Positions 1 through 14,531 are shown, counted from the stretch's first letter. The stretch is DNA of 64,000 nt from Amoeboaphelidium protococcarum X5 (GCA_023515725.1 JALDTO010000179.1:454053-518052); one strand, 5' to 3'. Numbers and translations are program-made. The notes: generated by a model from the letters alone, not told the origin.

Positions 1-41
1 ATTTTAAGGTATACATCTCTTTCATAATTATCTCAATAAAA

Positions 42-761
42 TCATTAATTATGAATTAACCAGTTTCTGAAATTACTCCAAACGTTGGAATCATTGTATA
101 GATACTGCATGGACGCTTGCAGAGATGATTGTAATGAGAAGCGTTCCCACTTGAACAAGTACATCACAACACCCCAGACGACGGCAGCAAATACAGGGAA
201 GACTTTGTCTTCATACAGACCGGCACTTAATGGAGCAGACTTGCCAGATACCGACGTGGATGTAGATGCAGTGCTGAGTCTAGCAGAGGCACGTCGACCA
301 CCCTTGAAATCTTCAGAGGGTATCAAACCAATGAGTTTAAACACGTTTCTTGCATATAACACCTTGATTGCACCCACCATAATTCTACTGAATAGATACA
401 ACACAATCTACTGGTTGATATTGTTATCTTTACCGAATACAATGTAGCCACCAATCAACCCACTTATGAAACTGTGCCACTGCTCCTCCTTCTGCTAACC
501 GTTGGTGGATTTGAGGAGTAAAAGTAGCGACTTATAAATACCAACAAATGTACCCAAGTTCTTGCTATGCTACCAGGTTGCTTCCAATATGGCTTTAATC
601 TTCTATCTGAAAGTCAACTAGTCTCTAAACAGGAAGGTCATAACGAACGCATGAGGCAGTCGAATCTTGGCTCCATACACCAAACCATTCCTTATACCCT
701 TCAGAATTGACAAAATTCCATGATTCTTGGGATCCAGAAGAAACTAATTGACAGAATCCAT
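42..761 (-). CDS. PXMP4: Peroxisomal membrane protein 4 (Tim17/Tim22/PMP24 family), 239 aa
   Basis: Single ORF with TAR=Gln from ATG 761 to TGA 42: ILKGIRNGLVYGAKIRLPHA ... VWGVVMYLFKWERFSLQSSLQASMQYLYNDSNVW. Confidence 0.9.
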
Positions 762-1009
762 AATGAGTAAAAGTTATATTAGTTTTAGATCTACAAAGCG
801 AGACTACAAATAGAATTACAGTAAATATGAAGAGGTGCAGTGGTTGTTTTACAGGGTGGGTGAGAATGGATCGGAACAAAGTCAAGCGATGAATTTCTGT
901 TTGAGCGATCTCGTTCTTTTGACGAAGATGGCGACGACGGGTTTGTTCATTTTTCTCAGCGTGAATAAGATCTATTAACGTTATATCATTTCAAACAAAG
1001 GTGGTGGAG

Positions 1010-2080
1010 ATGAGTGGTAATAGTAATTTGAGTCCTGAATAGAAGGCGCGAATTGAAAGAAATAAGCGTGATGCTTTGGAGCGTAGGGCTAAGGCGAACG
1101 TTGTAGCACCACCGAGTTAGTCCAAGTAGAACATTGATGAGCATACTACTACACGCGATTTAAGTAATAGTAAAAAATCAATGAAAGATTGGGCACCAAA
1201 GAAAAAGTATGTGGATTACGATCTGTCACAAATTAAAGATTCTAAAGGTGGATTCTTGGTTGAAACTGATGGTAGCGCGGGTAGTATTAACGCCCAACAA
1301 CAAAAGAAGAAGAAAAACGTCATATATGAGCATTTGATGATACCGGCGAACGTGCCACTCACAACGTCGTTTTCAGATTCTGTGATGCAAAATGAATTGA
1401 GCCTGCAGTTGGAATGCGCGGAATGCCAGTCTGCAAATGTGAATATGAATTACTTAACTCATTATCTCTACATGGTGTGTAATGATTGTATCAGCCGAGT
1501 ACCGGAAAAGTATACGCTGCTGACCAAGACTGAGATTATTGAAGATTACTTGATTACAGATGAAGAAATCAAGTCTGTCAGTGAAAGCAGTCTCACTAAG
1601 CCTTTCAGTTATGAATTATTGCTTGCGTAATAGAGAAAGTCCAGTTTAAGTAATCAAGATAAAAGTGCTGAAACTCCATCTCAACAGAATGAAGTCCGAT
1701 CGAATAAAGTCGTTGGCAAAGTTCTTCGGTATTGGGAGAAACCGAATCCGCATAGAAGTACATACGCCAAAATGCATCTATTTCTGCGATGTTAAGTGGA
1801 GGATTACGTGTTCAAGCATGTGTGGAAGAGTGAAGAGGAGCTGGATGCAGAGTTTGAGAGGCGCGATGAACTTAAACGTAAACGTGCCGAGTCAAAGCGA
1901 AAGAGCAATTTGCGTGACATGAAGAAACGCGTCAGAACTAGTCTGCTCAATGAATAAGGAAACAACAGAACGGCACAGGAGTCTTCTGATTCTAGAAAGC
2001 ATATTCATTCATGGATTGTTTAAGGGGCTGTGAAACGGTGTGAGTCTTGCAATTTATCGATTGAAGAGGAGTCATTTTGA
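1010..2080 (+). CDS. XPA: Nucleotide excision repair protein XPA/Rad14, 356 aa
   Basis: ERNKRDALERR N-terminus, YDLSQIKDSKGGFL, C4 zinc finger (CAEC...CNDC), KYTLLTKTE, KPNPHRSTYAKMHLFLRCQVE; ends in TGA. Confidence 0.9.
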
Positions 2081-2414
2081 CTCTAAAGTTCTGATGGATA
2101 TTCTGATGTTATTACGCGTAAACTCTGTTAAATATACTCGCAATATAATTTATAGTGTTTAGCACTGGTTTCAATTTATATAATGCGCGTCAAATATAAT
2201 ATTTTAAGCGAACGTATGCGGATAGTTACGAGTCAAGGTTAAACTTTATGGACCTTTATGCCAAGACTTACCCCTGATTGATCAAAACTGATTCAGAACT
2301 GATTTTGGTACTCCATGATATGCTTTCACCTTTCTATCTTCTTCTCATCTGAAAAATCTGCAAATTTTTGGAATCTATTTTATTACAAAGTACCGTCTAT
2401 ATCCGTATCCTGCA

Positions 2415-3323
2415 ATGAAGTTTTTGGCTATTTTTACCGTGATTGTCGCGTCTGCTGCTATCGCTCAAGAGACCTCCATCGTGGAGACTACTACTGCTTT
2501 GGTCGTGTCTACTGAGTCTGCCGTTCCTACTACCACTGTGGTTGCTGAGAGCACTTCTGTCGTTGATAGCTCTGTTGTCGCGTCCTCCACCACCTCCACT
2601 GAGATTGTTGCTGAGACTACCTCTACCACTGCCGTCGTTGAGACTACCACTTTGGTCGTTGAATCTACTACTGCTGTGGATAGCACTGTCATTGATACCA
2701 CCTCCACCTCCACTGAAATTGTATCCAGCACTCTGGCTACTCTTGACACTACCACTGCGACTGAGACTATTACTGCTACTGAGACCACTGTCGTTGATAC
2801 CACCACCTCTGCAACTGAGACTTCCACTACTGCCACTGAGACTACAAGCACTGTGATCTCTGAGACCACTAGCATTGTCGATACCAACAGCACTACCACT
2901 ACCTCCACCTCCACCAGCAGCGTGGTTGTTGACTCCACCACCACCACCGATGCCACGACCACCACTGTTGTTGATAGCACTACCGTGTTCACCTCCGTCT
3001 CCACCACTGTTGCTCCTGTATCCACCATCTGGACCACCACCTGGGCATTCACCACCATTGCTCCAAACACTGTTGTCTATGTCTATGGCACCCCTATTAA
3101 CACTGCTGCTCCTGTCGTCCAGGTCGTGACTGTCATTAACGGTGTCACCACTGCTAAGCCACAGCCTACCCAGACTGTCATTGGTGGCGGTAACAACAAT
3201 AACAACAACAACAACAGACCTAACAATAACAATGTGAACAACTTTGGATCCGATGCTTCTCATGTTGGTCAGAATGCTGTTGTTCTGTTTGGTGCTTTGG
3301 TTATGGCAGCATTCTTCTACTGA
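2415..3323 (+). CDS. Secreted Ser/Thr-rich mucin-like protein, probably GPI-anchored, 302 aa
   Basis: Signal peptide MKFLAIFTVIVASAAIAQ, T/S/V-rich repeats, poly-Asn, hydrophobic C-terminal tail, TGA stop. Confidence 0.85.
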   Translation: MKFLAIFTVIVASAAIAQETSIVETTTALVVSTESAVPTTTVVAESTSVVDSSVVASSTTSTEIVAETTSTTAVVETTTLVVESTTAVDSTVIDTTSTSTEIVSSTLATLDTTTATETITATETTVVDTTTSATETSTTATETTSTVISETTSIVDTNSTTTTSTSTSSVVVDSTTTTDATTTTVVDSTTVFTSVSTTVAPVSTIWTTTWAFTTIAPNTVVYVYGTPINTAAPVVQVVTVINGVTTAKPQPTQTVIGGGNNNNNNNNRPNNNNVNNFGSDASHVGQNAVVLFGALVMAAFFY

Positions 3324-3472
3324 GTTTGCTGATTTTTGGTTTTTAAAAGGATTCAAGGTGATAAAGTGAAGTGATTTAAATTATAAAAAAGTAATATTGT
3401 TTTACATATAAAACTATAGCTCTTGCTCTTCCAAGTTTTGACACTGATAGTTACTGATAGTTATGCATTGAA

Positions 3473-4024
3473 TCAATGAGTGGTTGATGCTTTAGAGACT
3501 TCTGACGACAAATCTAATCTGAGCAGAAACGCGTCGCGTTGTCCATCGGGAAGATCTTTGTAATAATCACGCACAGTGTCCACAACGGTAAAGCCAAACT
3601 TTTCATAAAACTTTTTTCCGCTCTCATTACCAGCCTGGACGTGGACTGAGATAAAGTCAGCGCTATCTTTAGACAGGGACCGACAACTTTTAATAAACTC
3701 TTCCAGTAGCATAGATCCAACGCCGTATCCTCTGTACGCAGCGAGAACACAGAACGACATAATATAAATGCCCGTATGCTCAGAGCCACCAGCGCCAAAC
3801 TCTGCGGCATCAGCAGGGAATGAAGTTATACATCCCACCACAGAGTCGTTGAAATAGGCAAGCATTCCATGTCCCCTGTCCAGAACAGTATTGTACACCT
3901 TATCCGAGTATTTTACTGGAAGCACGACGGAGTTAATCGCCTTTGCCTGTCCAAGATTATTTCGATTCAGTTCACCAACGTCCAACCTGATATTTCCCTT
4001 ACCAGCGCTTTGTCGTTTTGACAT
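3473..4024 (-). CDS. NAA50: GNAT N-terminal acetyltransferase, Naa50-like, 183 aa
   Basis: INSVVLPVKYSDKVY, IYIMSFCVLAAYRGYGVGSMLL, VHVQAGNE..KKFYEKFGF....DYY. Confidence 0.8.
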   Translation of the reverse strand: MSKRQSAGKGNIRLDVGELNRNNLGQAKAINSVVLPVKYSDKVYNTVLDRGHGMLAYFNDSVVGCITSFPADAAEFGAGGSEHTGIYIMSFCVLAAYRGYGVGSMLLEEFIKSCRSLSKDSADFISVHVQAGNESGKKFYEKFGFTVVDTVRDYYKDLPDGQRDAFLLRLDLSSEVSKASTTH

Positions 4025-4324
4025 GTCTTGTTAATTAATCTATAACGCGTCCGTAATGGTCATTTTCTTTTTCAGATCTAGAAGTTGAACGCAACGAAAC
4101 GGGATAACGAAGGCTTTAAATTGTTTTTAGTATGCTACTGAGCAGAGGAAAAGCGAGAACTCATCAGAATGAGGGAACGCGAGAGAGAGAGAGAGGAGAT
4201 TTTACCTACTGATTCTAAACATTCTTCCTTCTCCGAATACTTTCTCTACATTGTTGCATCACTTTCTTAAATCTTAAAAAGCGGATAATAATATTAAAAT
4301 TCTATAATATTGTGTGTATATAAT

Positions 4325-5719
4325 ATGGATCACGACGACTCATCGGACGACTGGAGTGACCCTGAGGTGGTGGTTGAGTAGTAGCAGAATGTTGAATACT
4401 CTAATGAGGATCTCTTTGGCGAAGAGTCTTCGGAGAACGAAGGCGAAGCATCAGAAGTATAGCAATAGATTGAATCTAATACAGAGTAGTAGTAGTAGTC
4501 GTAATCACGTTCTAAGGATTAGGATTAATAATTAGCTGACTCTGATAAGTAATCTACACTAAAAGACTAATAAGAAGTGTATGATAGTAATGATATATTT
4601 GTGCAGGAGGAGAATAAAAATTTATTCGGTGAGGATGATGATGAGGATGAAGATAATTTGAATGATCAAGATGATCAGGACTAATTGGATTAAGAACCAA
4701 AAAGGATTGAACTTAAAATTGATGTTCCCTCTGTAATCCCAGGTTTATAGAGTCAGTAGGAGCACTTGGCCACGTTAAAGATTCCCACTTTCCTGAATAT
4801 TGAATATTCAACATATGATCCAGAGTCTTATGAAGCGGTGGGTCATAAAGATTTTGAAGTGCTTCATCATCTTCTCACTCATACCATCAGATTTAACGGA
4901 GATGGTTAGAGTAATGCTAGACTTGTAAAGTGGTCAGATGGTTCATGGGCATTCCAGATTGGCAAGAATGTATATCCTATAAAGGTGCAGTCTAGCACTG
5001 CCATATATCGAAGACATGAGAGTGGAGGTATCCTCGAATCTGTCAATAATGTAAACGAGTAATGGGTCATTCTACCCACTGCCACGCGTACTCATAGAAT
5101 TAGGAATTATGAAGGCTTCGTAGAGAATGAATAGGATAATATCGAGAACGGTCAACAATCTAATGCTAATCCTGGTATGAAGAGGACCAAGTTCTTATCT
5201 GTATTCGATGATCCTAATCAGAGTCGCAAAGTGTATGAGTAGATTGAGTAGGAGAAGCAGCGAGCCAAGAGGAAAGCTGCCAGGTAGAATATGAATAGTG
5301 ATGAGGAAGAGGATGATATCTTTGGTGCGTCTGGGGCCGGAGATGCAGAGGATGATCTGGACTTTGCTTTCAAGCGTGCTCGAGGTACAAAAACTGCGAG
5401 ATTGGATAGAGAGTATGGAGATGCTGTCGCTGCTGCGTCTGGAGAGGAGGACGATTATGCTCAAAAGTACGGGCAAATTAGTAACAAATTTCTGTAGAAT
5501 CGTGGAGATGATTACGACAAGGAAGATGATTTTGTGGTGGACGATGACGAAGAACTGGAGACTTACAGTGACGAAGCAGATGAACTAGATGCCTTTGACG
5601 ATGACGACGATGAAGATGGTGGTGGTGGTGGTGATACTGACATTGAAGGCGGTGACGGAACCAAGAATGTTGGCACTCCTACCGGTAAAGCTAAAAGAAT
5701 CATCACTGATGATGATTGA
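4325..5719 (+). CDS. LEO1: PAF1 complex subunit Leo1, 464 aa
   Basis: Acidic termini; LKIPTFLNIE...YDPESY and SNARLVKWSDGSWAFQIG Leo1 signature; continuous only with TAR=Gln. Confidence 0.85.
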
Positions 5720-5722
5720 AAT

Positions 5723-6376
5723 TCAAGATTATAAATCCAATACTGTACTTGTATTGTTTTGTTATTATTGTTATTATTATTTTCTATGTAAAGTTATTGT
5801 GAAATGATCATTTCCAATCCGGCATATAAACTGTTCTATCATCAACGGTGTTGTCGTAATGCTATTTAATTAAGCAGAGAGTTCATCATGGTCAATTAAT
5901 AGGCAATCTTCCAATTTGGAATCACTATATGCTATTGATACATGAGGCTGTGGAGGTGAGTAGTATGTAGGATATTAAAGAGAGTCGAGAGCGCGATCTA
6001 TCTCCTTGATCAGATCCACAACATCAACGCGACCCATAGCTACTTACATAGCCAAATACTACCTCTGCATGTCCTCTGTGCGGAATATCGACAAACTTCC
6101 AACTCTGATCTTGAATTGAGAAATGCTAATAGCTACAGCGCGCAACTTTTGCAGCAGTATTTCCTTGTGGCACTCCATCAATTTGAATGGTTTACTCAAA
6201 CTAATGTGGTATTCATCGCTCGAAATTATCTACAGACATTGATCATATTGATTGCATAGCTTTTCTACTTCATGGACGTATTTATTGCAGACGATTTTGT
6301 CCAATTTAATTGGAATGTAAAAGTGACAAGACACGGTTCCATCATGCTAATATTTGGCTTCATATTTTGTCGCCAT
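5723..6376 (-). CDS. USB1: U6 snRNA 2H phosphodiesterase, 217 aa
   Basis: Missed by the ORF track. Two HxS motifs (EYHISLSKPF and YYSPPQPHVSIAY), N-terminal CHFYIP, C-terminal ICRIGND. Confidence 0.8.
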
Positions 6377-6717
6377 ATGTTCAATCGCGCTACTTAATTA
6401 AAGCTATAAAATGTGCTATTTTCCTACTAAAACAAGATCTTTATATCTGGCTGATAGATCTCAATGTCTTCTAAGGGGAGATGAACGCGTCGCCTGATGT
6501 TTAACGATACATTGGGTAAATGAACACTTGGCTGAAATAGAGTCGTTGAGAGCAAGTCTTTACAGATCATTGAGATTATGAATAAATTGTCTGGTGAATA
6601 AAGCTGTAAAGCTAGGAGATCCTAAACAGAAATCAAAGTGCTTTGAGCTATATCATGTTTTTATTAGTGACCTTTAAAACGCGATATCAATTAAATGCAG
6701 CACGGATGAAATGCTTC

Positions 6718-7902
6718 TCACTGAGGAATCTGAGGAGCAGCAGTAGTCAGCGTGGGGCATGGCTGTTCGATAAATGTTGTGCATATCACAGTGGCCACGA
6801 CATTGTTTGGTTGCAAGGTGGTTGTAAATATCTCAGACGCAATAAAGACGATTGGCACATTGATTGGTATTCCCAAGGTCGCGGTTGGAGGTACCACAAT
6901 TCCAGAAGTTGCAGTCGCAGTCGCTGTGGTTATTGGTGGCGAAGCAATAGCAGATCCTGTAGTAGTCACCACAGGGACTTGTGAAGTGATACTTGGTACA
7001 ACAGTTACCACAGAGCCAATTTGAGTCGTAGCTGGAATCACAGTTTCAACTGATCCTGTTACTACTGGAGATGTAGGTTTTACCACAGTTTCGATTGCTG
7101 ACGTTGGAACTACAATTACAGTCGGCTAACCAGAGATTTGAGTCTGTATCGAGGTCACTCCTGACTATGTCGTTGCCGTCACAGTTCCAGATGGAGAGAC
7201 TATTGTGGTGACAATCTCGGTAGTAGAAGGAGAAACAGTTGCGGTAGCAGAGGTGATGACCGAAGAAGGTGTCGCAGTGATAGATTGCAGCGCACTAGTA
7301 GTTGACACCACCACAGAGACAGATGCGGTAGTAATTGTTGTCGCAGTTCCAGCTGGCGTAGAAGTTGAGACTTCTCGAGATGTTGTAATGGCAGTACTAG
7401 TTCCACTAATGACTGTTGTAACAGTAGCTTCGCTTGCCGTTGTAGAAGTCACTGTTGCAGGAGGTGAGATCACGGTGGTTACCGTCTGGATAGTAGTAAC
7501 ATTAGCAGTGGTCGTGAATGAGGTTGTGGTAGGAGAAGTAGTTGTGCCAGTGACAGTTTCACTGATACTTACCGGTATGGTGGAAGTCACGTTAACCAGC
7601 TGCGTTGTCACGTTCAAAGTTGTTGTCACAACAGGCGGAGTGGCAGTGGCAGTAGTAGTCGTGATATTTATCATAGTGGTGACATTTGGCAAAGCAGTGG
7701 TAGGAGTTATAGTCTCTGTGGGTATCACGGACGCAGTTATTGTTGTCAGTGGTACAACTGATGTCAATGTCTGCGTCTGATTAGAGGGAAGCATGACATT
7801 TGTAATATCAGCCTGTGGAAGTGCGCGTACCCCCAGATTTTGCATCAAGATCCATCCCAGCGATCCAAACCACAAATTTTGCACTGCAACGCCACTTTTC
7901 AT
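6718..7902 (-). CDS. Secreted Thr-rich mucin-like protein, 394 aa
   Basis: ORFs 7165..7935 and 6718..7086 are in one frame joined by TAG codons; signal-like N-terminus, T/V/P-rich body, TGA stop. Confidence 0.75.
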
Positions 7903-8148
7903 GTTAATTTGAATTATGAACGCTTTGATTATCAAGTAGAAGTTGAAAGCAAAATGAGAACATAATGTAGTGTCACTCGCAAGTCATCTCGATTTTATGG
8001 CACCGACAACTAACGCAGTTAAGCTGTAGATCTGATGCAACGCGTTTGATCACCACACTACTAAGCAAAAAATTTACAATGTCTCCAGTCATCATTATGA
8101 ATCTATTTAAGTACAGCACTATTTCTCATCATTTGCAGTATCAATCAT

Positions 8149-9530
<1,382 letters not shown>

Positions 9531-9961
9531 TGTTTATTGCTCTTTGTCAATTATATTATGGTGTTATAAAGAAGAGAGTAGACAGATGGATGAAGGAAGT
9601 CTTTCAATAATGAATTTTCATAGACCATTCGGTGGTAGGTGATTGACTTAAAAATAGCCCATTGTTTAAGTTTAGATTATGCAAACTTGTGGTGGTGACC
9701 GAGTACAATATGAAAGTTCTAAAGGCAGCAAAGAGCTTGAGTATGAAATATATGTATATGCCATATCTAAATATAATTATACAAAGTAGTTATGCACGTG
9801 CGGTGGGACTTTGTGGCTGGCTCATTGGAACTTATCGCGATTCTACAACTTGTGGCGTACAGATGGATATTTTAAGGGGCATTTTCCCAGCGAAAGTCTC
9901 ATATTCTTACACATTGTCATCACCTAATCATCATTATATAATCACTGGATAATCGAAAAAT

Positions 9962-10813
9962 ATGTCCGTTCGTGTAATGTCATATTTGGTGTTCCTGCTG
10001 TTTGTCGCCAATCTTGCGTACTCTATTGATCTCAAGTATGGTTGCCTGCTGACCAAGTGCTGGAAATCGGTGCTGACATGCAAACTGGATCGTGGTTGTA
10101 ATCAGTTCTTGTCGTGCGTGTAAAAATGCGGTTCTGATCAGTAGTGCAGTGCTGTGTGCTCTTTCTCCCATGAAGATAATGCATAGCTACAGTCCTTCTT
10201 GTAATGCCTGGTTGATCATAGCTGTTTGAAGCAGGATCAGAAGTGTCCTCTGCCTAAAGCTAATTCTGTCTTGCCATCGTTTGATCTTCGCCTGCTCACG
10301 GATGGTCCTTGGTATGTCATTCGCGGCTTAAATCCGGCTTACGATTGCTGGCAGTGTCAGAGAATGTCTTTTACCATCAAGCAGTAATCCGGTCCGCTAG
10401 TATTAGATTACAGATACGATATGAACATTACGTCCTCCATGGCAAAGACTATTCAATGCTCGACCGAGTATGCAGATCCTAAAATTGCCGATGGGTAGCT
10501 AATTGCCAAGTACACGGTGCTGAATAAGTTTAGCGGTGAAGATCAATGGAAGGTGTTGAAAGTATCCGAGGACAAGCAATTTATACTGATTCATTACTGC
10601 GGTGTGAGTGAGGTTTCATCCCGCTATGAAGGTGGTATCGTAATGTCAAAATCTCGTAATGGTCTGATTCCTTATGAAGTTTATGAAAGCTTCTAATCTG
10701 CATTATCTCAGGCTGGTTTGTCATTGTATCTGAAGGATTTTTGCAAATTGAATTTGAGAGGATGCTCATTCAGTGACTCTTCAAACACTCCACCGTTTTA
10801 GGTGTAGATATGA
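9962..10813 (+). CDS. Secreted violaxanthin de-epoxidase-like (VDE/VDL/VDR family) Cys-rich lipocalin, 283 aa
   Basis: Invisible in the standard-code track. Signal peptide; Cys-rich domain CLLTKCWKSVLTCKLDRGCNQFLSCVQKC; lipocalin motifs GPWYVIRGLNPAYDCWQCQ, EDQWKVL, FILIHYCG, RYEGGIVMSK. Confidence 0.8.
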
Positions 10814-10925
10814 TCATCATCATTAAAAACTTTGATATGATATACAGTATTTTTTAAAAAAAAAGGTGATACTATATAACATTCAACAGTTTTAAGTATA
10901 TATAATATATTATTATTATAGTAGT

Positions 10926-13900
10926 TCACTCTTGCTTTTGTTATTCAGCAGACTTATTGGTGTTTGCATCTACTGGTTATTATAGTTCAGCGACTCTGAC
11001 TGGAGTACCAATATCGGATTTTCTCGACATTGTACCTGCAGGTGTCACGTCTTTGTTCTCTTTGAGCCGCAAAAAGTGCTGCTTATTTCTCTCTAGCTAC
11101 TCCATAGGCAGCGGCAGACTCAAATAGCCATTATGCAACGCGTCGTACATAGGGACAATGATAAAATCAATGAAGCCATTCTGACTCGATACCAATACAT
11201 TCGGATTATCCCTGTCCATGAAGGGGGAAACAGGGATATTCAGAGCCTTCTCCTAGTCACCTTAAATTCTCCATTCATCAATCACAGCGTTAGTCCATTT
11301 CATATAGAGACTGAATTCTTTTGTAGGATTAGAGACATCGGAGCACTTTATGAGCATCTTCATCAGCAGTAACTTGTCCTCTCTGCTCTCAGCTGGATTA
11401 AATGAGTTCTATAATCGAGTCTTGAACTGGCTCAAAATTGTATAATGCTGACTGAGATCCGTTGCAAGTACCATCTCAATGACCAGATCCCTGAAAGCCT
11501 ACCACTCTGGCCGTTGCAGATGTGAGAGGAAGTTACACTCCTCCTACAACAGTGTCTGGAATGCTGCACTCAGATGGTAGTTCTCCAATACTGCTTTATC
11601 GTTATACAGCACCGCCAATGGATTAGTAGTGGTTACTAAAAAGTTATTGTTCACACCCGGATGATCAAAATCGTGAATAGCAGCCGCAACATACATCGCC
11701 ATCAGTTCCATAGGCGTTATAAGGGCAGATATCCGATCAAACTGGGTGAAATAGTTGATAGCATGCAACACATCTGCAGCGTGAAATGAATTATGATACG
11801 GCAATTCACGGTATCCCTCCTAAATCTTCCATATGAAGTTGTTGAATTTTTCATACTAAATCTTGAATTCATCAAAAAGACAGTTGGCATCAAACATGTG
11901 CCAAGTGAGTAGAAATAAAGGCTTCCCACCAGGACACGCCTCTGCAAAATCAAATAACTTCCAGTTCCATTCCGAAACGCTCTGAAGAAGATTCTAAATC
12001 GTACCAAGTTAATACATGACGGATCTCGATCCAGATTTAGGCTTGACAATGGTAGATATATTACCGGCGGCAAGATTACTGGCCAAAGTGGGCTTTTCAG
12101 TTTCCACCTGATCCAGTTGCTAATCTTCTCTCTACTAGCTGGTCAATGTTATGAGTTTACCAGTGATAAAACTAAATGGATCTTTGTGATTTATTGGTAT
12201 TGACGAGTCGCCACCATCTTTGGTAATGACATCCTATTGCTGTGGATGAGTATCAACGGCGGTGACGAAACCAGTCTTTGTAAGTTCAGGATTTTATTCA
12301 AAAGTACGAGCCTCCTAGATAGCCGGCTCCATCCTTGTGGACATTGCGACTTTTGAAGTAGCTTTTGATAAAGATCCACCATCTCTAGTTACTTCTATCG
12401 TTGGCAGCACAGGAAGCTGGGGACTATCCGCAGCCTGAGTGGACAAACTAATCTCACTCTGACCATCTTTACCCTCCCGACTGGTGAATAGAGATCCACG
12501 TCTTGGCCTGCGCACCGTAAGAGATGGTTTAAAATCAGTCTTACGCCTTGAGGTCTCGTTCATGAGCCAAGCTTTCTATTCATTATCAATAGCACCACTA
12601 GCACTTGGCCGAGATGGATTTATAGCATCAGGAATCATATCAAATTATCCCTCAAGATCAGGATTATACAGCTAAGGACTGTTCAATAGCTGTAGGATGA
12701 TCTCAAAACTATGACTCTGCTCTGAAGATAACGATGGGTCAGCCATCATACTTCTGAGAAGTTAAAGTGCCTTCTCCAAGGGACTCTCCAAATCCACCGC
12801 GCCAGTAGTGTACGTTCTCTGCAGGGCCTTCAACTGATTGACCAACTTCAAGTTGACTTTGGCGGCAAATTGTTATCTAAGAAACTGTTCGCGATAAAAA
12901 GTTTCCAAAATGTACAAATGCCATACAGATCCAACGAGACTAACAATCAAAGCCATCCCAATGCTCAACTTTTACTTCCATTAATTTATGCCAAACTTGG
13001 AACTATCCAAAGGGAACACTGATATAAACCACGCAAAAGCAATAGCAGATAGAGATACAAGTGCATAAGAGTATCGAAGAGTAAGACCATTAGCTAAAGT
13101 ATTGATGATGAGCAGACAAAACACAGAGCTGAGCACATAGTTCTCCAAAGACAACACAACACTAAATCGAGTAATGACACTCACGACACCTATCAGAACA
13201 ACAAACATGGATAAAAAGAGATTGTAATGCTTCACCCATGGATTGGAAGGCTTGAGAGTATGGACATAAAAGAGCAAAGTAATACAGGTCAGAACACTGA
13301 CAGTCAAAAATATCCAATCCACCCATGCCTTGTAATCGTAACAGAGAAAGAAATTCGGGCACGGTTAGCAAAAGTATCCAGGTGTACATAGAGCACTATT
13401 GTTCACAGCCATATCATCAATAGGGACAGTCTTGTTCTTGTAATTTTAGGTATATGCCAAAGAGTCGATGGGATTAGTTATCAGTGCAGAGGTATAAATG
13501 AAAACGAGACCAAACAACGTCAACCATATAACAACCTTGGCAGGAAATTGAGTTCTCGATATCAAGTATCGTTAATACTATTACTCCAACTTGTCATCCA
13601 GAAAAGTCAACCACATACTCTACTATGTCTCAGTCTTGTATCGTTTAAATCCACTCTTGCTCTGTCCAGGACTCTGCGCACTATTGTGCAATGATTTATC
13701 AGAGTCGAATGATTTCAAGGATCTTGCCAGCTTATCAGGAGTAACTTGACCATACTACACAGATTTACCTTTACTGCGCATACTGCCATTCTACTATACC
13801 TGCTACTAATATTATAACTACTACTATTGCTACGACTACGGACTGGCTGAGATTCCAAGAGCTGTTTTCAAAAGCTGAGCAGCCTTAAGCCTACTAGCAG

Positions 13901-14081
13901 TGGAATTATTAGATACATTGTGGTGGTGCTGAGCGGTTTTGTTCACAGAGTTGCTAGAGGTCACAACGACATGCTGAGTTGTCAGTGGCTATTACTCTCC
14001 CTCCTGGACAGTCTCCAACTTTTCATTGTTATTAGTATTATTATTATTAATAGTACCTTCTTAATATTGTACACTATCCAT
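10926..14081 (-). CDS. Class I cyclic nucleotide phosphodiesterase with N-terminal multi-pass membrane domain, about 1051 aa
   Basis: PYHNSFHAADVLHA and AAIHDFDHPGVNN; hydrophobic helices at about 12.9-13.55 kb; track ORFs 11544, 12315 and 12981 share a frame. Confidence 0.85.
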
Positions 14082-14531
14082 CCACTGGTTTCAAACAATT
14101 ACTTTCAGTGTAAACAGTAACTTGATAAAATATAAAGATAAATAATGTACTGTATACAGAGTCAGTGTATATAATATGCAAGAGAATATGCAGCAATAGT
14201 GAGTAATTATATAGTAATGACACTAGAAGAGGAGAAACGGGGAGACTGATAAGGAAAGCGATCGTCAACTAAGATTCTGAAACTAACGTCAGGCTGAAAC
14301 GCGCCAATTGAAATAGTTCTAGATTTCCAACCTCGCAAACGATGAAAACTCTGCAATGAACTATAAGTTATTAATCATTGGTGAGAAAATAATACTGATC
14401 TACTAGATAATAGAGAGGCTGGAAACTATACGCTTATTTTAACAACTACGATTTTCTTACTTCAAAAGACGTCAATCGCATACGGCCCGGTGTTGACAAA
14501 CCACGACAAGTTAGATTTAACTACTGCAGAA

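Noticed and set aside
2397-3356. Long antisense and alternate-frame ORFs over the mucin genes (also 7205..7780)
   Set aside because: Shadows of ACN/GTN-rich low-complexity codons; only one frame has a signal peptide
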